From the human T2T-CHM13v2.0 reference genome, Homo sapiens, in assembly GCF_009914755.1 (NCBI RefSeq), contig NC_060930.1: 64,000 bases of DNA; one strand, written 5' to 3'. Both the position numbers and the translations under genes were made by a program. Below are positions 12,282-26,257 of this stretch, piece after piece. Positions within the stretch are counted from its first letter, which is position 1. Each line of letters opens with the position of its first letter. The notes under the pieces were generated by a model. It had not been told where the DNA came from. It did no database searches and worked only from the letters and a program-made list of their open reading frames with translations.

Positions 12282-13369
12282 TTCAACCACCGTCTATCTA
12301 TAGTATCCCAGATAATGGATGTGGTGTGAGAATACAAATATAACATGACATTCTCTCAGACTCCAAATTATTCAAACACAATTTCTTACATTGCTTATGC
12401 AGATAATTAAAATAGAGTGTGGTAAGTCATTTGTAGATATTTCTCAATTCCTTTTCTAATGACCAAGGAAGGGATCCTAGCAATACTACAAAAGACAGCT
12501 CAAAAGATCAGTTTGGATGTTGGTTTCAACTAGAACTAAACCACCCCACTTGTTTATTTTTAGCTCCTCCACAGTCCACAAAAATATAAGCCCATCACTG
12601 TAATTTTTAAAATTTATTGTCAGGCCTCTATTATCATGTAGTTTTTGGAAAGAAGCAGATTTCAGCATCCAACTACTTTCCTGATTCTGAATTACATACC
12701 TTTGAAAAGTATATTATTATTTCAAGTTATGACATGAGTATTAAATCACAGTTTCTCAGAACTGAGCAATGCAATAGATCAAAGAAGGAATAAGCTTCAT
12801 GTTTGTTCATACCAAATTCAATTGAAAATATTAAAACATTGAGGGAAAGTTAAGAATTCATGCAAGTTGTGTATATTCTAATATATTCCAGACTGAAAAT
12901 AAAAGAAATGCTGAGTTTATTTACTCATAAAAGGATTGTTGTGAAAACCTGAGAGAGAAAATAGCCCCTTCATCAGAATAGGTTCTGTATTGTAAAGGTT
13001 CTGTGCTTCCTGGTGCAAACCTCTGGCACACTGGACATTTTATAAACATATTAGTGTTTCAGTAATTAAGAGCCTCATTTTCCTGGAAACAGTTCCCACA
13101 GTGGAGTCTCTTCTTAAGCAACCCCTGTCAGATTTTCCAGCTTCTCTTTTACATTACATATTATAGCCAGGCTGCTGTTCCCAGGTCCTAACGTAAAGGG
13201 AGGTAGGTGTCTCTTAAGTTGCTGACCTTGCCACACTCGCTCTTCCTTGTTTACTTAGCCCCTCCTTCTAGTTCCCTGGGTCTGCACATTATACCCTGGC
13301 ATCTCTTTTCTGCTACAATAAAATTCCTACAGTGTTTCATTCTTAATTGCCCAACTGCCCTCCACTAAC

Positions 13370-14945
13370 CCTCAATTCTCTCTCTTCCCTCTCCCCTTTC
13401 CTATTTCTCAAATTCTTCCACCATGCCTTGATAACTTTGCTTTATGGTTTGCAAACTTCACTACCTGTTCAACTTCTTTTCTGAATATTGTCTCTACCTT
13501 CTTACCCTGACGAAAATCTCATTCTTCTTTGAAGACACCTCTTCTTCTGTGAATGATACTGCCTGCTTATTCTTCCTCATCCCTGTTACCCTTAAGTTGG
13601 AGGATCCCCTTCTCTGAGTGTTGTCCGTTGCAACCTTACCTCCTTGCAAAACATGTCTGCTACTTTGATATTCCTGTCGTCTAACTGTGTGCCGTCTCCC
13701 TTCTTGTTGGTATCATCTATCTACTAATATCCATGCATTTTTCATAAAAAGGCTTTGACACCCAGACTTTTGTCTTTTCTAGCCTCAGCATCGCTATGAT
13801 CTTGGACAATATCCATATCTACATAAACATTCTATCTGATTCATCCCTGGATCTCCTTACTACAAATGAACTTCTCATTTTTTCTACCTCATGCTTTCAG
13901 TCCCAAGATCACATCTGAAGTCTATCATCAGCTGAAATGTTTCCACCTCCAATATTAAGTATGTTCCTCTTTCTCTTCATCTCCTATCCTCAAGTTTATT
14001 CTCTCCACTCCAGCCAAATCTCCTTCTCCAAGACTGCTTTTTCCACAGTTTCTGCCAAGGCTATTTGTGGACCTCACTGGGATCTGAGATCCACTGATCC
14101 CTCTACTTTCTCTATATCCATCACCCCTTTGCTCTTTTTCCTTTATTCTCTGTCCAGCATCCATTGCTGCTCAGAAACTTCAATCTGGAAGACTTCAACT
14201 TGTTTTACCTGCCAGACTTCAACTTGTTTTACCTCTCAGCAGCATCTGACATGTCTGGTCACCTCCTTCTTTTGGTTTCTGATGTTCCTCCTTCCACTCT
14301 GAGTGCTTATTCTTAGTCTCCTTTGCTGGAGTATCCTTCTTTACCCAAACATTGCGTGTCAAGAGGTCTCAAGGTTCTGTTATTCTCCCAGTTTTCTTTT
14401 TTCCATTCCTAGATAATTTCAGCAATCATGTAGCTTGATCTACCACCTGTATGTTTATGACTCCAGCGGGGAGGTAGAGATTTATGAAATGAGATGAGGT
14501 GTAGAGAGGCAGGAGCTTGCATGCCTTAGTAAGCACTCTGGACTCTAATTCTAATGTCCTTTCAGGTCCACAATCTCATCACTCTTCCTTCCTGTCTGAA
14601 GGCTTGGCTATTCTGTTTGCCTAGGGCATTCTTAGTAAAATTTCCCCCTTAATATTAAGAAGTCCTGGGTTCCTGCAAGTGTCACTCACTGTATAAACCT
14701 TAGCCAGCACCCTATTTTCTAGTCTTTGTGCACCTTGTACTTCTACTATAATGCAATTTTTATAATTACAATCAAATAATAGCTGTTTTCATGTTTAATG
14801 TCTATCTCCCTGGCTAAAATAAAACTCCCTGAAAGTAAAAACTATGCATGCCCTGTTCACTGTCTTGAGCTCTCATCTCAGGGTTTTAAATATAATAGGC
14901 ATTAAATAACTACATATTAAATAAATAGGAAAATTCATGAATAAA
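13370..14945 (+). mobile_element. L2 LINE, degraded, with internal inverted piece 14468-14554
   Basis: Pyrimidine-rich L2 body ending in the L2 3' terminus ctgttcactg...taataggcattaaataa...ataaat. Confidence 0.75.
14190..14234. repeat. Perfect 21-bp duplication, 24-bp period (agacttcaacttgttttacct)
   Basis: Copies at 14190-14210 and 14214-14234. Confidence 0.95.
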
Positions 14946-16358
14946 ACATGACTTAATTTTTATGACTTTTTCTTTAGCCAGTTATCAGTGGCCAGTATAT
15001 AGTCACACTCACATGCATAAGCAAGTTTGTGTATATCATCACTCCTAACAGTACTGCTTACATTATATATTGGTAGATAAAATGCAGTTACATTTTACTT
15101 TGTTTTATCCATAAAAAACACATATTTCAAATCCTGTGCTTTTAAATAAACTCATTACAGAAATCATGCAGAACTGTATTCATACAGTATCCCATATAGC
15201 TCTGAATCAAATTACATTGGTCATCTATCTATGGAAGTTATAAATCTGAGAATTGTTATGTTAGAGAAAGTGAGAATTGAGAACTAAGTGTGTAAACACA
15301 GTGGCCCCTATTACCCTAGGCATGAGAATGTGGCCTGACAACAACTGGAGAAATAAAATCCTCTGTCAGATCCTGCTTCTGTGATGTCAAGTCTTCAACC
15401 TGAAGGTTGGGTCCAGAGGAAAATGAGAAATTAAAATGTTTGCAAAGAATGGAGAGGAACATAGATAAATTTGAACTGCCATGCATCAGTCCTCTGTGAC
15501 CACGCTGTAGTCGTACTTCAAAAAATAAGGTTCTGTTTATTCTATGTAATTTCCATTTAACTTGTTATTAGAAATGAATCATTACAATCCTGTCTGCTAA
15601 TTTGAAATGACTATTAAATTATTTTTATGTTATTCTTGGCTTGTATTTTGCATGTTGTTTTTAATGTTCCTGCTAAAGGTAATGATGCAATTATAATGTA
15701 CTGAATATTTGTCTCACAAACAAAGAAAGGAACAAATAAATATTACCAAAAAAAGTTAACCAAGATGTCCACAAAAAAAAATTGGAAAGAGCTCTTCAAA
15801 TCTATCTTTCATCTCATACCTAAGGCCATGCCGTTGAATAAAATCATACTTTTTCAATTTATTCAGATTCCTAGTTCATGATTGTATTTATTTGTGCCCC
15901 TTCTCCCCAAGGGCAAATGGGCTTGTTTTTCTTTAGAGAGCTACAAAGGACCTCTCTTAGCCAGGGACTAAACATCACTCATATTTAAAGCAACTTGAAG
16001 TATCCTAGATAATGTACTTTACTTTTTACTTTGTAAAAAAATCAATCCTCTCCTGACTAAAAAAAGCAACCTCCCTCTCTGCTTATATAAACACTGCTAC
16101 TTTCCACTGCCTGTACTTTTTCACTTCAGAAAGTACACTTAAGTGAAGAAATTTCAAGTGATATTTGAGAAGAAATCTCTCATTAACTAACTTTCTTCCA
16201 GAGAATTAAATTCTACTTAAAATAAGAACAATGACAATAATTCAGAGACTATACATAAATAAAAGAGAATAAAAATCGAATCACATCAAATACAGGCTTG
16301 CTGGGAATATGCAAATTATCATTGTAGAAATGCATTCTGTATGTAATCTGTCTCCTAC

Positions 16359-16402
16359 TGTGTGTGTGTGTGTGTGTCTGTGTGTGTGTGTCTGTGAGTG
16401 TG
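16359..16402. repeat. (TG)n microsatellite, interrupted
   Basis: Seen directly. Confidence 0.95.
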
Positions 16403-18362
16403 TTCTCTTCTGTTTGTTATATAGTTGAATCACCATAAATAATTTAGAAGATGATCAAGTGTTTTTTATAAAAACTAATTAATTCATCATTGTGCGTTAT
16501 AAAGGTCCATAATATGATAGAGGCAAATATTTTTTTAAAAAGCAAGAATGTAAACTGTGAAAAATAATCTAAAACTGATCATCCATATAGACAGTCATTT
16601 CTTTTGGGCAATATTCTGAGGTTTTCTACAATGATCCATACATACTCAAACTGCCCTTTCTGCACAGAATGTCTTCTTTATACCAATTCAAAGAGATGCT
16701 TCTGAGCTTGTTCAGCCCTATCCCAAAGACATGCTATCTTTTGACCCTTTCCTGTACCTTGCAGCCTTACGTTGTTTACAGAGGGTTTGCTCAAGCCTGT
16801 GTTTGGCAGGACTTGGTTCATCAGCTCATCAGAAGCTCATTTCCCCTTTTCTGCTCCTCCTGGAGCTTTAAGCTGTGACCTTCCCAGGTGAGAGTCCTTG
16901 CTGGCATCACTTACCCTCCTTTGTTAGTGCTCCTCCTCCCTGGACCATTCACACCTTCTTATTCAAATGTGACCTTGCTGGCTTGGTCTGGGCTGGCAGT
17001 TGATCAGGAACTTCACCAGCAGTCACAGGTGTTTGCAAGTGGCTTGACACTAAGACATTCTTGGGCCCAATAGTGGTTAACAAGAGGGACAGAATCTTTC
17101 TTTTGTGCTTATTCCAAGTACCTCCAGAAAGTCAGACATTTAAAAGAGTTGGTATCTACCCTGAACTTTTCTTGGGTCGGAGGACAGACAGTAGCCCTAT
17201 GGAAAAGAAAGATGCCTGAATCTATTTCCCTAGTTGCTCTAATAAGAGAAGACAGCACCCCATCTCAATCCTACAAAGACCTCTTCTTCTTCCTGGACTG
17301 GCTGGGACTAGACCCAAGAAAAACCACCCTTGCTGTAACTGATTAGAAATCATCTCACATATCATATATCAAAGATCTTACTGTGTCCTGTGGGAAAGAA
17401 ATTCTTCATTACTATTAAGATTATTTTATACTTCACTTTCAAGATATGTTTCAAGAATATGTCAAGCATTAAAGTAAGAGATTAACAGTACTCATATTTC
17501 AGATATAGATTTCACTTGCATCTTCCTCTATTTTCCCTGATGAAAACTGGGATCTAGGTAATTTGATATCTAGAAGTCCCACCATCTTGATTTATGTTGA
17601 TTTAATCACACTCTTGGAAAAAATCAAATACTAGTTCATGGATGCGGGAAGAACTCAATATAATCACATACTTTGATTGAAATGAGTTGAAGAATTTTCA
17701 TCTACAATACTTAGGTGGAGAACCTTTTCACATACTTCCATCAAGCTCAAATCAATGTGCTTCTTGCTACTCTAACGTTCTGTGAATTTAGCCAAAGACG
17801 AAATGAAGATTTGAAGCAAGGCTTAGCAAACACTTCTTACTTTAAAATGAGGTCTGAATAGACAGCTAATCTGTACAATTATTATTCTTAATAATTGCAT
17901 TTTAAGGAGATAAAAATTCCTTCTACTCTCAAAGATGTCAGCCTTGTCACTCCAGATATTGGACAATCATGCAAAATAATTTGCGATTTTAGAGACGCTA
18001 TGGCAAGTGCCTCCTCTTCAAAATGCCAAAGTTGGCTTACTCAAAATGCTGATGTAATGCACACTGGAGTAGCTCTTTGTGTAGAGATAAATCTTCTTCC
18101 TTATTTTGTCTTCCTGAAAATTTGGAAGTAATTAATTTGCATGATTATTGTCATAACTTTCATAGCTCCTATTTTAATGGGAAATCATAACTCTTAGAGT
18201 CTGTAAGTGTAATCTGTAGCCAAAGGGCAGGAAAATTAATCTTATTTTAAATTATGAAAACAGAAATTACAGTGGAATCAACTATGTGACACATTTTTTG
18301 TTAGATGAGCTTTTGGTGAAATTAGTTTTGAATTAGTGGACATATGAATAGCATTTGAACAG

Positions 18363-18424
18363 TGTCCAGCAGGGCGACAGTTGCTGCAGATGACAGATGG
18401 GAACTGTGGTGTACTTTATAATAG
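18363..18424 (+). CDS. Candidate 62-nt internal exon of the unidentified + strand gene
   Basis: cag acceptor with weak pyrimidine tract and AG|gtctgt donor. GC-richer than flanks. Phase-0 frame is open (CPAGRQLLQMTDGNCGVLYN) and joins the 26451 exon in frame. Confidence 0.3.
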
Positions 18425-19229
18425 GTCTGTCTGTATCTAGGAAAATTATTCTCAACTCATTTATTAAAAATTACCTTTGAAATCATCTTAGCCTTCTGAG
18501 TATTAAAATACAGGCTTTCACATGAGTCTTTAAAAGGTAAATGTCCTGGCAATCTGATTTAAAACATTGCTGTATTATTATTTGAGCTAGAAATGATTTT
18601 GATGAGTATGACTCATCTCACTATTTCTTCAAGCCTTCAAATTACTGTATATAAATTATCAAATGGCATTCTTGCTACCAAAGTGTTGCTAAAATATAAA
18701 ATGCATGCTCTGTTGTGAATAGGTGTCCCACATAGGATGTGGTCCTTGGAGCCTGCTTTCTATCTCCTCAGCTCAACTTAAGCCTGGCACCATTTCTTTG
18801 AAACCCCTTCCCATAAAAGGCTGCTCTTCTGACCTCCTCTAATTCACAAGCTCTATTTCTGATCCCTCTTTTAAGGAGCATTGTCTGGCACCACCAACCA
18901 ACACTTTTTTGAAATTTCTATAGATCCAGGCATGGCTCTTCATCTTCAGGATCCCTCTCCATTTTGCTCAGAATGGCCTCTAGCTCATGTTATCCTGTTT
19001 GCTTTCCCTCTCCAAACATGACATCAACAGACCTTAATATTCACACCACTGTTGAACTTCTTTTTAGTCTTTTTTAGCCTCTTGTAAGTACAATCAGAAC
19101 ATGGACCTCATTGTTCGTCAGAATTTCTCCATCCTCACGATCTTGGATTCTAACACTCTCCTCTGTGCTCTCACTTGCTGCTTCTAACACTGCTCTTCCC
19201 TCTAGGTCTTATTTTTTGGGGGCGTTGTT

Positions 19230-19460
19230 TTGGTTTTATTTTTCATCAAAAGCAATACATTCACGTTGTAATAAATCAAACAGTGCAGAAGAGTTAGAAG
19301 GGAAAGCAAAAGCCTCTTGTCCCAATATTTCCAATCCCCCAAAGCAACTTCTTTCTTACTATTTCTGCTTTTTAGTTTTGCTGGAGGCTACATCTGTAAC
19401 ACTTGCTTTGCACATCGTGACTTACCAGCTTAAATTACTAGCTTTCAAATATTAACATAA
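19230..19460 (-). mobile_element. L1ME-class 3' end fragment
   Basis: aaagcaatacattcacgttgtaataaatcaaacagtgcagaag...cccaaagcaact. Confidence 0.55.
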
Positions 19461-19514
19461 AAGATAAATATTTAGTTAATTTATACCAACTCATTCCCTT
19501 TCCATTGTTGTATG

Positions 19515-19860
19515 ATCAGTCATTAATTCAGCAAGTATACAATGAGCAACAACTATGCAAAGGTAAAGGTATTGGGGATATGGTACTAAGAAAGAAGAGG
19601 CAAAGAATTCCCTGCCCTCCTTGTGTTTACATCCTGTGTGTGTGAGTTGGGATTGGGGGTGAGGTGGCCGGGAGGAAGAACCAATAACAAATACATCAGG
19701 AAAATACATAGAATGAGTTCAATGGAAAAAAATGAAACAGAGAAGCGGATAGACAAGGTAAAGTAGGGCAAGAAGGTTGCAATTTTAGATAGTTTGACAT
19801 TTGAGCAAAGATTTAAATGAGAAGATTTTTCATTATATTTGAGCAAAGATCTGAATTAAA
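19515..19860 (-). mobile_element. L2 3' end
   Basis: cattaattcagcaagtatacaatgagcaacaactatgc...ccctgccctccttgtgtttacat...gacatttgagcaaagat. Confidence 0.8.
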
Positions 19861-20068
19861 AACATCTTTTTATTTGATTACATTTGTATCTTCAAATACA
19901 CTTGAACCCCCCTCTCACTTTTTCATTTATTTTTACCTATTGGCTTCTTCCTTGCCTCACTTGTTTCCCTATCCAAGAGGCTTTAAAACCTGCATATTAA
20001 CAACTTTCTCACTGTGGCTATCAGATATCAGATCCTCAATTTCCATTCTACTCCCTTTACCAATTTAT

Positions 20069-20092
20069 TCTCTCTCTCTCTCTCTCTCTCTC
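20069..20092. repeat. (TC)n microsatellite
   Basis: Seen directly. Confidence 0.95.
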
Positions 20093-20877
20093 TTCACTCA
20101 TCCCCAGAGGTAGCAAGCTCATTGCTGGTTTAAAAGAAAAAAAAACTTGAAATTTTCTACTTGTTTCTGACATACATTCATGTTACCTGGTGACATGTGG
20201 TTCCTCAGTGTTGCTCAGTTTTTCCAAGGATCTCTGCTTCCCTTCCTTTCGAGAGGTCTATGGAAGATATTTCAAGCCTTTTTCTCTTTTATCAAAGCTC
20301 ACAGTGGAAATCCAGCATTCCTCATTTTAGAATGTTACTCAACCACTTAATTCATTGAGATGGTGGCCATCTGAAATCAATTCCCATAGCTCTCCTCTTT
20401 CCTTAGAAACAACACTTGATTTCTTCTGTTTCTTACTGACTCACAAAATGTCCAGTCCTTTTTCCAATGTGAGTGCCTCCCCCTTGGAATATGACCCTTT
20501 CTCTTCCACTCTTCCCATGACATACTTAATCAATCATTCTTCCAACCTCTCATGTATTCTCCGACTCTCCTCTTCCATTGCCTCATTCATTTTTCTGCCA
20601 AACTTTAACAAGAGCAATCCGCTTACTGCTCCTTTTGTTCCCTCAATTGTTTGCTTTATAATTAAGTTCATTCGAGTAATGAGTTTTCATGGCTGTCACC
20701 ACTGAAAATGAAATGCCACAAAGGTATATGGATCCAAACAGGAAAAGTATATTGTTAATCACTCTAAGTCATGATGCATATGTTTCAAAAATATCTACCA
20801 ATTTTGCAAAGATTTGTTAAAAATGGCTAATACATTTTGATCTACCTTGATGTCAAATTATTTTTAAAAGATAAACT

Positions 20878-21167
20878 GGCTGAGCATGGTGGCTCATGTC
20901 TGTAATCCCTGCGCTTTGGGAAGTTGAGGCAGGAGAATCACTTCAGGCCAGGAGTTTGAGACAAGCCTGAGCAATATAGTGAGCCCCTGTTTCTAATAAA
21001 TAAATAAAAAGCCAGGAGTGGTGGTGGGTGCCTGTAGTCCCAGCTACTCAGGAAGCTGAGGCTGGAGGATTGCTTTAGTCTAGGAGTTCAAGGCTGTAGT
21101 GAGCTGTGATTGTGCCACTGCAGTCCAGGCCTGGGCAACAGAGACAGACCCTGTATCTATAGGAAAT
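20878..21167 (+). mobile_element. AluJ
   Basis: Full dimer; J diagnostics ggaggattgctt, ggagttcaaggctg, agaccctgt. Confidence 0.95.
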
Positions 21168-21447
21168 AAAGAAAAGAAAAGAAAAGAAAAGAAAAGAAAA
21201 GAAAAGAAAAGAAAAGAAAAAAAAAGAAAAGAAAAGAAAAGAAGAGAAGAGAAGAAAAGAGAAGACAAGAGAAGAGAAAGAGAAAGAAAGAAAAGGAAGG
21301 AAGGAAGGAAAGAAGGGAGGGAGGGAGGGAGGCAGGAAGAGAACAAACGAAAGAAAGAAAGAAAGAGAAAGAGACAGAAAGAAGAAAGAAAGAAAGAAAT
21401 GAAAAAGAAGGAAGGGAGGGAGGGAAGGAGGAAGGAAAGAAGGAAGA
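21168..21447. repeat. Compound purine tract (GAAAA)n-(GAAA)n-(GGAA/GGGA)n grown from the Alu tail
   Basis: (GAAAA)10 uninterrupted at 21171-21220, then mixed purine repeats. Confidence 0.97.
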
Positions 21448-22354
21448 TTTGAGATAATATATTTAATCATTTAATATTTTTATTATTGAGTTTAAAATTC
21501 ACTGCAATTCTTTGGAAGATTTTATCAAAATTCAGAAATTTTGCTTCCATGTTTTTAAGGTTTACAACATGAGAGGCTTCATAGGTTGCACACTGTTTTC
21601 AGCAATGAAAGCATATAACATCAAAAATATTCCAAAACAATCCATTTTCAAAATATTCTCCATAGAATGATTCTTTTACTAAAGTTATGTTTTTATCTTT
21701 TAACTAAAGGGCCAGCTCAAGTGTGTATGTGTGTGTTCCTGGCTACCAACAGGCACTTATCCTGGATGAGGTAGGCAAATTTGAATGCTCACCATTTCGT
21801 AAAATAAAACTTAATACTAATACATCTTTAATTTTGTGAAAAGTATTCTTTCATGAGATGATTAGCAAATTTTTAGATGATGCAAAACAATGCCATAGTC
21901 ATTCCCCTTCTCACAGAGTATCATGAGGGTCCCACTGTATTTTTAAAACTTTGCTTCTATAAATTAGGCATATTTAGTACATCCTGCAGAATTCAGTGAA
22001 CCTCTGGTTATAATTTCTTTGCTGCAATAACATTTCTATAATGACACTGGGGATTTCATATGTGAATTTATTTTTCCAGGCTTTTTCAAGAAACACTTTA
22101 AAAATTCTGGACAATGCAGCTACTGTATCAGTGGTTGTACTTACTTAACTTATCCATAAAGAAATGCTTTCACTAAAGAAGTCATTAAGGGACAGAATAA
22201 TGGCTTCTCCAATGCATAAAAAATGCTTCTTTGTGTATTTCATTATTGAAACATAATCACGTAAATATAATAAACAGATATGTCGGGGAAAAAAAAACAG
22301 AACTCTCATGCAACTTATAGAAAAATCTCCCTCAACTGAGTCATTTGTTCATAC

Positions 22355-22445
22355 AAACTATAATAACAGCTAACATTTATTTTGTGCTTACTAAGTGTCA
22401 GGCATTATTCTAAGCTGTGACATGTATTAGCATATTGAAATCTTC
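22355..22445 (-). mobile_element. MIR 3' end
   Basis: taataacagctaacatttattttgtgcttactaagtgtcaggcattattctaag. Confidence 0.85.
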
Positions 22446-22576
22446 GGCATTTTTTTTTCTAAGCATTTGTCAAGGGCATTTTCAGAAAAAAAAAAAAAGG
22501 TTCTAATTTGTCACCGTATTGTTCATGTGATTTTCACCGTATTTTGGAAGAACCATTGTACTTCCATAATAGGTAG

Positions 22577-22912
<336 letters not shown>

Positions 22913-23294
22913 ATTTTTTTTTTTAACTCGTAAGAGTTAACATTAATTTTGGTGAATCTTAAATGTTACGCAGTATTGGATTGAGTATACCATAATTTTA
23001 TACAGTGCTGAAAAACTATAGACAAGTATCTTCATATTCTCGTTGCTCAGTTTTAAAATATATTGTTAATCATTATGGTTTCATTTTCCCAGTGGCTAAT
23101 ATCACATAACATGGCGAAGTTTTTTGTCACTATGAGTGTTTGTAAATTTTCATTTCAATCATTTTTAGGATTTCAAATTTTTGCCTTACATTTTGATGGG
23201 TATGGTTCATTCATCTGTATTTTTTTCCTCCTAATACCAGAAGTGTGAAAACTGTCAGGTTTTTAAAAATGGTTCTCTTTTGCTTATAAGTACA

Positions 23295-24235
23295 ATATTT
23301 TATTTACAATAGTATATAATACTTTCATGAAATGCACAAATACTAAGGACACAGCTCAATGACTTGATATAAATTGAATGTACCATGCAACCATTACCCA
23401 GATCTGGAAATAGAATATTAGTAATCCCAGCAGCTCCTTCATGCCTCAACCTAATCACATTTCCAGTGCCTTTCCCCCAAAGCTAGCCCTCATTCTGACA
23501 CCTAGTATCATAGTTTAATTTTCTCCCCATTTGGGAACTTTGTATGCTTTGAATCATATAACATATTCTTTTGTGTCTGGCTTCCTTCTTTATATCCATA
23601 GCATCATTCCATTGTATGGATAAACCAAAATGCATTTACTTACTCTACTACTGAAGAATATTTGAGTAATTTCCAAGTATTAGCTGTTACAAATAATGCT
23701 GTTGTGAATATTCCTGTTCATGTCTTTTTGTGCACGTGTCACACATTTCTATTCGGTGCACATATGAATACGTTGCTGTAGACATGTCAGTGCTGGGTCA
23801 CATGACAGCTATAGTAGAGCCTGCAGTTTCCCAGAGTAATACACTCTCTACACGGGTATGTGAAGTAGCAGTTTCTCCATATTCTTGCTAAGACTTGGTA
23901 CTCTCAGTCTATTTAACCATTCTAGTGGATTTGGTGTTGTTCGTGTTATCTCCTCATTGGTTTAATTTGCATTTCCCAGATGACTGATGAGATTAAATAA
24001 CTTTTCAATGTTATATTGCTCATTGGAAGTACTTATTGTGAAATACCTAATTTGTGAAGTAACTATTTGAGTTTTTGCCCACTTTGTCTATTGTGCTATT
24101 TGTATTTTTGTATTGACTGATAACATTTCTTTATATATTCTGAACACAAATTTTTTTTGGTATCCCTTATCTATTTTGCAAATAGCTTCCTCTGCTTTGT
24201 ACCTTGCGTTTTCACTTCCTTAATGTTGTTTCTAG
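23295..24235 (-). mobile_element. L1ME-class 3' region
   Basis: aaatgcacaaatactaag...acagctcaatga...tggtttaatttgcatttcccagatgactgatgag. Confidence 0.85.
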
Positions 24236-24499
24236 TGATCTTTAATCCGCAGGTTGTTTTCAGTAATTCTAAAAATTGCTTGTCCATCTTGTGAGATTTG
24301 GTTTTGTTTAAACTAGTTAATACAATGTTCAAAGAACTTAACCAGGTTCATTGAATCTGCAGCCTAACAATTCGCTGACATCAAGGGTGCCACTGTGCAC
24401 CCCTAGGTGGGGGTTCCAGCCTCAGAGACACTCAGTCTCTGGAAAGTAAAAACAAGATCCAGTAGCCACAACTGCCCATTAACTTTGAGTTAACAATGA

Positions 24500-25425
24500 T
24501 TATAAACAGCTACCAGCTTTACGAGAAAGAAAGAAACAACCAGACTTCAGGTAACTCCTGATGAAAATACATCACACTCTCTATGGAGTAATCTTCCTAA
24601 AATATCAAATCTGAATCTATCAGGCCTCAAGATTTAACTGTCAATTCTCAGGAAAATAAGACAGAAGAACGTTTTGGGAGGAAGACCGCTCACAGACAAA
24701 ACAATCCTAGAACACATGATGTCTAGAAAAGACTATATCTAGTATATATGACATGTAGTAAACAGAAAAGAAACGGATAAATAAGAAAATCCCATAAAGT
24801 GTAAGGAATCTAGTAATAGGAGATGTTTGGAAAACAACAAAGGGCATTAAAATATTACCAGTTAATTCCAGTTTCTGCATGAGTGCCTGTATGTAACTGG
24901 CAAAAGGAAAATCATTTCTACTCCTGTTCACTTGTGTCCGTAGGAATACAATCTGCAACATTCATGCTGTGGTAAACTCTATAAAACAAATACAGTTTCT
25001 CCAACAAATTGAGAAAAAAAATAGGAGGAAACCTATAGATTAAAGAAGATTTTAAAAGATCAACAATTGCAACATATGCACATTATGTAGATCCTGATTG
25101 AGACTGTAAGAAAACATTTATGAGACAACCATACAGATTTGAATCTTTACTTGATAAGTTTTCAGGTGTGACACTATATTGTTTTAAATAATCCCTACAT
25201 TTTAGAGTAGGGATTTGCTGAAGAATTTGCTGATTAAATCATGTGAAATGATATTTGTTTTGTTTTGTTTTCCAAAAAATCCAATGGGGGCGAAGAATGA
25301 GGAATATGAATGAAGCAAAATTGGTCCTGAGTTAACGGTTGATGAAGTCAGGTAATGAGTACCTGGAGGTTCATTATGCTATTCTCTTGCTTTTTGTGTA
25401 TTCTTGAAATTTTTTGTAAGAAAAC
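24500..25425 (+). mobile_element. L1MC-class (L1MC4/5-like) 3' region, interrupted at ~24672-24940
   Basis: aatctgaatctatcaggcctc...acctatagattaaag...ggaggttcattatgctattctc. Confidence 0.7.
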
Positions 25426-25495
25426 GTTTGGTCTAAGTCTTGAAATCAAGACAATAATTTGCTTGTGTAAGACGTGAGGGTGCATAAAAAATGGA

Positions 25496-25907
<412 letters not shown>

Positions 25908-26215
25908 TCAGGAATTAAGATATTGTTTCTTAAATAATCTCTCCCTTCTAAAGTCAAAATTGAAGATCATTACTAGATTAGGATGATATTGTTAGATCTA
26001 TAGTCTCAGCAGACGAAAATTTTAGAGACTTGATTCTGTACTACTCTGGAAGCTAAAACAGAAGCTATAGTTTAGACATTATTGCAAGGAATAGACAGGG
26101 ACTAAGGTGGCAATCTAACAACAAGACTGAGCAAATGAATGTGGGGCGTCTAACCTTTGTAACTTGCTCTCAGAAACATCTTGATAATTAAAGACTAAAT
26201 CTGTTACAAATAGGG

Positions 26216-26257
26216 GCGTGTGTGCGTGTGTGTGTGTGTGTGTCTGTGTGTGTATGT
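26216..26257. repeat. (TG)n microsatellite
   Basis: Seen directly, about 200 bp upstream of the putative last acceptor. Confidence 0.95.

Noticed and set aside
15370-15405. 36-nt AG...GT segment with one open frame (xPASVMSSLQPE)
   Set aside because: Short pyrimidine tract and mediocre donor (gttggg); not enough support for an exon.
21075-21470. ORFs of 88-131 aa rich in K/E/R or F/S/L (similar ORFs at 1784-1987 and 50375-50877)
   Set aside because: Translations of purine or pyrimidine simple repeats that lack stop codons by composition.
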